Origin: Ignavibacteriota bacterium
GTDB taxonomy: Bacteria > Bacteroidota > Ignavibacteria > UBA10030 > SZUA-254
NCBI GenBank assembly: GCA_016212665.1
Contig: JACREZ010000040.1
Location: forward strand, 24,178-88,177
Length of the DNA stretch: 64,000 nucleotides
Direction: 5' to 3'
Below, one piece after another: positions 58,780-64,000 of the stretch (position 1 is the first letter of the stretch; every line of letters starts with the position of its first letter). The notes beneath the pieces were generated by a model. The model searched no databases. It was given only the letters and a program-made list of their open reading frames with translations, and was not told where the DNA came from. Made by a program: the position numbers and the translations under genes.

Positions 58780-58822
58780 ATAAAACGGCACGGAGTCCCG
58801 TACAACGGGATTCTCCGTGCCG
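58780..58822 (-). terminator. Rho-independent terminator after the giant T9SS gene
   Basis: 'CGGCACGGAGtcccgtacaacgggattCTCCGTGCCG' is a 10-bp stem with a T-run on the minus strand. Confidence 0.6.
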
Positions 58823-58857
58823 ATAATGTAATTATTTACTTGATGACGTTACGTGAC

Positions 58858-61800
58858 TTACTTCATCAAGAGGAGTTTCTTGACATCCTGATATGTCTTC
58901 ACTCCGACAACGCCGTTTTCATCTTCAATGCCATTCGGCGCTTCGACGACGATGCGATAGAAGTACACACCACTGACGAGATTGGTTGCAACGAACTCGA
59001 ATTCATGTTCACCTTCGTACATCTCTTCACGATTAATGAGTGAAGCGACTTCACGACCGAGCATGTCGAATACTTTCAACGTTACCATTCCATCTTCCGG
59101 CAGCGAGAATTTAATCGTCGTGCTTGGGTTGAACGGGTTAGGATAGTTCTGTTCGAGCGCAAACGCAACCGGAGTCTCGGACACAACTTCATCTTCATTG
59201 AGAGTGATGACCGTGCGTTCTCCCGTCAGGTTCAGATGCAAATAAGGAACTTCGTACAACCGTCTTGTACCTTTGAACACCGTCTTTCGGGCGAAGCTGA
59301 CTGTATCAACCGTCCCCTGGAACGATGTGTTGAGCATCTTCACAACATCGTAATACAGTTGTGCGGTTGCGGGAGATTCCAGCACTCCAAAGGTAGCAAA
59401 ACTATCTGCCTTCGATGCAATCTGGATAACTGATTTACCGCAGAACATATTTCCGCTTTCATCATCGAAGATGAGGTCGCCGAATCCGTTCGGAGTTTTT
59501 CCTGCTGCACTGGCTACAATGTTAATTCGCAATGCGGCAAGTTCGGCAAAGAACGCGTTGTTGTGTTTCTTCGGAGAAACACTCGCTTGCTTTCCGACAA
59601 ACGGCTTCGAGCCAATTAAATCGAAGGCACGCGGTGTTCCCTGGTGACGTCGTCCGCCATCATAGAACGATTTCGATGCATCGGAGAATCGTGTAATCTG
59701 TGCCCAACCATAACGCAAGGCAAGCGTTCCGGTAAGCGCAACACCGGTTTTCAATCCCGTGCTTCCAAATGCGTTCTGTTGATAGAGTTCTTCAATCAAA
59801 TTGAGTGCGTTCGGCTGCGGTAATCCCGGCTGATTTCGCAAGAACGAGGAAACGCTCACTTTATCTGCAGCATTCCACTTATAGGTTGCTTTAATCGGAT
59901 TCCCGGAACTGCCGACACCTTCAACAAAGACAGTATCGCCATTGGCAACGCTCAAGTTCACCGGTCCGAATCGCTTGCTGTTAAAGACGCCAACAACTGT
60001 ATCGTTAGCACCTCGAACGCGATGAATCTTTCCGTTTGCCGAGACATTAAAGTCTAATTGCAGGAAATGCGAAGCGGAATTCGGCGTAATCAATTTGAAC
60101 CTGAAGTTCACAATATTTGCAACGCGCTTCACCGGCTTTCCGATTTTTCCTCTTGCATCTTTTGAAAGAGCAATCGTATCGCCGCTGAACGTTCGGAAGG
60201 CGCCGGTATCGGGTGAGAAGTTTCCGAAATCTTTTCCGGTTACATTCGTCCCGCTGGTGATTGTAATAGAGTACATTCCACCCGGCGGATATGTTTGTGT
60301 ATATCCGTCCTGCTGAACTTCGGTGACTGTATACGTATCATAGAACAAACCATCAAACATAAAGTTGCCGTTCGCATCCGTCATCAACTGATGAGAATTG
60401 CCCGGCTTCGTACCGACTGCGTTAATCGTCCAATCAGACATCCCGATTTCACCCGCATCCTTCACGCCGTTGCCATTGAAGTCTTTCCACTTCATACCGC
60501 TGATGGAGCCGAATTCGAAGTTCCCGAAGTTATATCCGGTACGAGCCTGACCTGATTGCAGATTCACCTGATACACACCGCTTGCAGGTTGCGTTACCGT
60601 CCATCCGGCAGATTGGTTTTCGGAAATCGTATACGTTCCCGGTCTCAATCCACTGAAGAGATACGCACCTGCGGCATCGGTCATCATTGTATCGGACGTA
60701 GTTCCGTTGATATAGATTGCCCAGTTTTGAATTCCGGCATCATTCGTTCCGGTGCTATCACCGTTTGCATCTTCATATTTTCTTCCTGCAAGAGATGCAA
60801 GACGGTAGTTTCCGAAGTCAACTCCGGTTTGCGCCTGACCTGCGGTAAGCGAAATTGAATGTGTTCCGTTTGCAGGATAACTTTGATACCAGCCCTGTTG
60901 CATACCTTCTGACACAACATAGTCGCCTTCATCAATATCTTCAAACGCGTACGCGCCGTTTGCATCAGTTGTTGTTGAATCGGTCATCGCTCCGGAAATG
61001 TAAATCTTCCAACCGCTTAATCCGGGTTCACCGTTGTCTTTCACACCATCGGCATCAAGGTCTTCGAACTTCATACCGCTGATGGAACCTGCTGTAACCG
61101 GGAGATATTCCGTGTATTTTGAAATTTGTCCAGACGCGCCAACGGCATATCCGACAATAACACCTGCGCCAGAAACAACTTTCATTTGCATATGATTGAA
61201 CGCGCCTGAACGACTATGGTCTGTCGTCCAACTGGCACCCTGGTCTGTTGTTTTGTAAAGCGTTGTACCGCTTGCCATCCACCATCGTTGTGTCGGGATT
61301 GAAACACCAGCCGGGAACAATGCGCTACCCGAACCTGCGTTTGCGGTCGCACTCCATGATGTACCACCGTTGTTCGATGCGGCGGTAACACCGGTTGCGG
61401 CGCCAAGCATGCCCAGTTGTGAATTGATGAATGAAACACCATACGAATTTGGCGCCGGCGTTGCAGAATATTGCCACGACGCTCCGCCATTGGTTGTGTA
61501 ATAGACACGTGAGTTATTCGTTCCGTACCAACCGAGTTGTGATCCTTTCCATTCAAATGAGTTGTTCCATCCCGCTTCTGTTCCTGCTTGTGCTAACGTT
61601 CCATACGGTGTCCATGAAGTTCCGCCGTTGGTAGTTTGTAAGAGAGTCCACTGACTGTTGACCGGGTCGCCCATCGCCAAACCGTTCGTTGCATCAAACA
61701 TATATACCGCGTTGATAAACGCGCCTGTACCTGTATTTTGGTACACCATTGACCAACTTGTTCCACCAGTCGTTGTACGATAGATTCTGCCATCGTTTCC

Positions 61801-64000
61801 TGCTGATGGATTAACGCAAACAAACGCAACATCACCGCTTACTGCAAACACCTGATGATTGGGTTGTCCGCTTAACGGAATTGCCGTAGCCGACCATGTA
61901 GCACCGCCGTTCGTTGTTCTGCGAACAACACCTGCATCACCGACTGCCCATGCAACTTGATCATCTACCACAGAAACACTGTACAACGCCGAAGTTGTAC
62001 CGCTTGTCTGCGTTGCCCATGTCGCCGGCGGCGATGAAGAAATTGTGAAGTTACCATTACTCATGTCTGTAATTGAAGAGTTATTCTTGTCAGACACACG
62101 AACTCTGCCCATCGTTGTTGGCGCATTCGGAATGGTCCACAGGTACGAACCCGTTTCATTGAGACTCGTTGCACCGCGCAATGCATCTTTCGGATGCGTT
62201 CCATCAACGATTAACGATGCAGGAACTCCTGCGTTGATAAGTAACCATGTAGTTCCCGCGTCAGTTGAATATTCAATCTTCACAGAATCAACAAGATTTT
62301 TATTCCATGTAATATTATATGACTGTCCGACGATGAACGATTCACCACCGTTCGGATACGTTACCTGCACCCAGGGTGAACCGCCGGTAACATCCATTCG
62401 CACACCGATATTCTTTGTATCGGTTGTGTTGCCGGAGAGACGGAGCCGACCGCTGTATGTTCCTGCCGGAAGTTCAATCCCGGGATGTGTACGAACCTGA
62501 ACCGTATGGCTTGCACCCGGAGCGAGTGTTCCGGTTGTTACGTTTGTGGAAAGCCACGGATACAAATCTGCTGTGAACATCAGCGCGAGATTGTTATGGA
62601 CATAGGTATTGTTGTACACTACTTGCAGTCCATCTGTTCCTGTTGCGTTCTCAATTCCAATTGATGACGAGTTCAACGGGTTGGTCATTGTCAGATACTG
62701 ACAGAGAATTTCGCCACTCGGTTTGAGAATAATCTGGAACGTGTACGGTCCGCCGGTACTGAAATGTGGCGCGTTGTAATACTCAATGATGTAGCGGTTA
62801 TTTGTTGCATCATGGTAGTAATAAACACCGCCGGAAGTGCGTACATCCAAGTCATCCCAGAATCCGAAGATGTTGAGATTCGGTTCGCCCGTAGATGGAA
62901 TTGCTACGTTTGAAAATGTATGATTTGTCGAAACGACATCGAAACTAATAAATCCGTTTGTAGTAATCTTCACGGAGTTATAGGTATTTCCATAGAACGG
63001 GAAGTTGAACGGCAACGTCTGGATATTATGACCTTCATCGCCCGTACCGCTACCCCAATCGGTAATCTGCGTACCAACGGTTGTAATATCAACCCAGTTA
63101 AACGCCGGACCTCCGGGTTCATCGCTGTCAATCCAGCGATACCCGAATGCATCGGGACCACCTGCGCCCATCAACTGCGGCGTTCCACTCCTCGGGTCTT
63201 CGACGCCTTTGGGTAATTCATACGCCGGTTCCGGGTTCGGAACAATTACGCTTGAAACAACACCGGTTCCTGCTTCATCAATGCGATAGCGTAATGTATC
63301 GGTTCCCGTGTTGTTGATTGTCAGATTCTGAGATAACGTATCAGGTCCTGAAGGATGACTGACATAGAATGAATCCGGTGAAGCGGTGAAGTGTGCAACG
63401 CCAATGCTTCGTCCGCTCAATTTCACTGTTGGAGCGGAAGCATCATTAGAAACAAAACTCATCACACTACTGTACAAACCACCGGGAGACGGCGCTGTAA
63501 ATGTCACGGTGACGCGTTGTGTATCAAGTGAGTTCAACGTAAAGTTTGCCGGCGATGCCGAGAAACCGGAATTGGTCAATTGAATATCTGTCACGTTCAA
63601 AGAACCGCCGCCGATATTTTTCACCAATACCGACAATGATGTATTCGCGCCAATCTCAACATTCCCAAAGCCGAGTGAATCGGGAGTCACCGCTAATCGT
63701 GCGCCTGCAGGAGGAACGACAAATAAGTGAGCGGGAATATTGAGACTGTCTGCTAACGTTGAGTTCGTTGCAGTGATTTCAATCCTGCCGTAGTAATCGC
63801 CCGGATTATTATAGATGCTCGGGTCGGTTGCATCAAATGTCGCGGCAAGTTGTGTTGAGTCGTTGATGAGAACCGTTCCCGTTGTTGGATTGATACTTAA
63901 CCATGTCCCACCACCACCATTTACACCCGGAGGACTAAACAGAATTGCTAAATTATCATGAACATACGTATTATTGAAAACAACCTGTAAGCCTATTGTA
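58858..64000 (-). CDS. Giant (>1700 aa) T9SS cargo protein, 5'-partial (continues beyond window end)
   Basis: The frame is open to position 64000. Repeated ~100-aa Ig-like modules. Tandem SdrD-B/Cna-B-type domains ('GMKFEDLDADGVKDNGEPGLSGW…DANGAYAFEDI'). BNR-like 'TTNGGATWSAT' repeats. C-terminal T9SS CTD 'ALEQNYPNPFNPSTTIKFSL…GVYFYRIV'. Confidence 0.75.
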   Translation of the reverse strand, partial: TIGLQVVFNNTYVHDNLAILFSPPGVNGGGGTWLSINPTTGTVLINDSTQLAATFDATDPSIYNNPGDYYGRIEITATNSTLADSLNIPAHLFVVPPAGARLAVTPDSLGFGNVEIGANTSLSVLVKNIGGGSLNVTDIQLTNSGFSASPANFTLNSLDTQRVTVTFTAPSPGGLYSSVMSFVSNDASAPTVKLSGRSIGVAHFTASPDSFYVSHPSGPDTLSQNLTINNTGTDTLRYRIDEAGTGVVSSVIVPNPEPAYELPKGVEDPRSGTPQLMGAGGPDAFGYRWIDSDEPGGPAFNWVDITTVGTQITDWGSGTGDEGHNIQTLPFNFPFYGNTYNSVKITTNGFISFDVVSTNHTFSNVAIPSTGEPNLNIFGFWDDLDVRTSGGVYYYHDATNNRYIIEYYNAPHFSTGGPYTFQIILKPSGEILCQYLTMTNPLNSSSIGIENATGTDGLQVVYNNTYVHNNLALMFTADLYPWLSTNVTTGTLAPGASHTVQVRTHPGIELPAGTYSGRLRLSGNTTDTKNIGVRMDVTGGSPWVQVTYPNGGESFIVGQSYNITWNKNLVDSVKIEYSTDAGTTWLLINAGVPASLIVDGTHPKDALRGATSLNETGSYLWTIPNAPTTMGRVRVSDKNNSSITDMSNGNFTISSSPPATWATQTSGTTSALYSVSVVDDQVAWAVGDAGVVRRTTNGGATWSATAIPLSGQPNHQVFAVSGDVAFVCVNPSAGNDGRIYRTTTGGTSWSMVYQNTGTGAFINAVYMFDATNGLAMGDPVNSQWTLLQTTNGGTSWTPYGTLAQAGTEAGWNNSFEWKGSQLGWYGTNNSRVYYTTNGGASWQYSATPAPNSYGVSFINSQLGMLGAATGVTAASNNGGTSWSATANAGSGSALFPAGVSIPTQRWWMASGTTLYKTTDQGASWTTDHSRSGAFNHMQMKVVSGAGVIVGYAVGASGQISKYTEYLPVTAGSISGMKFEDLDADGVKDNGEPGLSGWKIYISGAMTDSTTTDANGAYAFEDIDEGDYVVSEGMQQGWYQSYPANGTHSISLTAGQAQTGVDFGNYRLASLAGRKYEDANGDSTGTNDAGIQNWAIYINGTTSDTMMTDAAGAYLFSGLRPGTYTISENQSAGWTVTQPASGVYQVNLQSGQARTGYNFGNFEFGSISGMKWKDFNGNGVKDAGEIGMSDWTINAVGTKPGNSHQLMTDANGNFMFDGLFYDTYTVTEVQQDGYTQTYPPGGMYSITITSGTNVTGKDFGNFSPDTGAFRTFSGDTIALSKDARGKIGKPVKRVANIVNFRFKLITPNSASHFLQLDFNVSANGKIHRVRGANDTVVGVFNSKRFGPVNLSVANGDTVFVEGVGSSGNPIKATYKWNAADKVSVSSFLRNQPGLPQPNALNLIEELYQQNAFGSTGLKTGVALTGTLALRYGWAQITRFSDASKSFYDGGRRHQGTPRAFDLIGSKPFVGKQASVSPKKHNNAFFAELAALRINIVASAAGKTPNGFGDLIFDDESGNMFCGKSVIQIASKADSFATFGVLESPATAQLYYDVVKMLNTSFQGTVDTVSFARKTVFKGTRRLYEVPYLHLNLTGERTVITLNEDEVVSETPVAFALEQNYPNPFNPSTTIKFSLPEDGMVTLKVFDMLGREVASLINREEMYEGEHEFEFVATNLVSGVYFYRIVVEAPNGIEDENGVVGVKTYQDVKKLLLMK

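Noticed and set aside
1-64000. Search for CRISPR arrays, rRNA and tRNA genes
   Set aside because: No spaced direct-repeat arrays, no 16S/23S/5S-like conserved blocks and no convincing cloverleaf candidates were seen on inspection. The only tandem repeats found are the coding heptamer in thrC and the dispersed A/B element.

Overview
This 64-kb window looks like a chromosomal segment from a member of the FCB group (Bacteroidota/Ignavibacteriota-like). At least six proteins end in the T9SS type-A C-terminal sorting domain ('…NYPNPFNP…GVYFYRL…'). GC content is about 48%, and coding density is high on both strands. Most of the window is housekeeping: ribH, a PHP phosphoesterase, a Crp/Fnr regulator, a CadC/ArsR–CadA metal-efflux pair, adenosine deaminase, glycosyltransferases, cspA, thrC, class-I fumarate hydratase, alpha-glucan phosphorylase, the mreBCD–mrdA–rodA cell-shape cluster, purH-purN, ldcA, a pseudouridine synthase, a NicO transporter, trmH, a NUDIX hydrolase, pdxH, rmuC, tsaC and pfk. 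The right-hand end carries a block of very large secreted T9SS cargo proteins. Embedded in this backbone are several accessory modules. The first is an AT-rich (~35% GC) islet at 27.7–29.2 kb encoding a standalone TIR-like (PF10137/Cap12-type) protein plus a small basic partner, a candidate uncharacterised defence or abortive-infection module. The second is a complete tripartite hipB-hipS-hipT toxin–antitoxin cassette bounded by ~114-bp diverged direct repeats of the 3' end of a small host gene. The third is a HEPN/MNT pair, and the fourth a RelE/ParE pair. Two copies of a ~75-nt non-coding repeat occur at 29.8 kb and inside the mreC–mreD spacer. mrdA (PBP2) is split by a frameshift at ~32.97 kb. 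A signal-peptide protein has a Trp/Tyr-rich N-domain and an extreme Arg/Glu-rich tail. No rRNA, tRNA or CRISPR array was seen.
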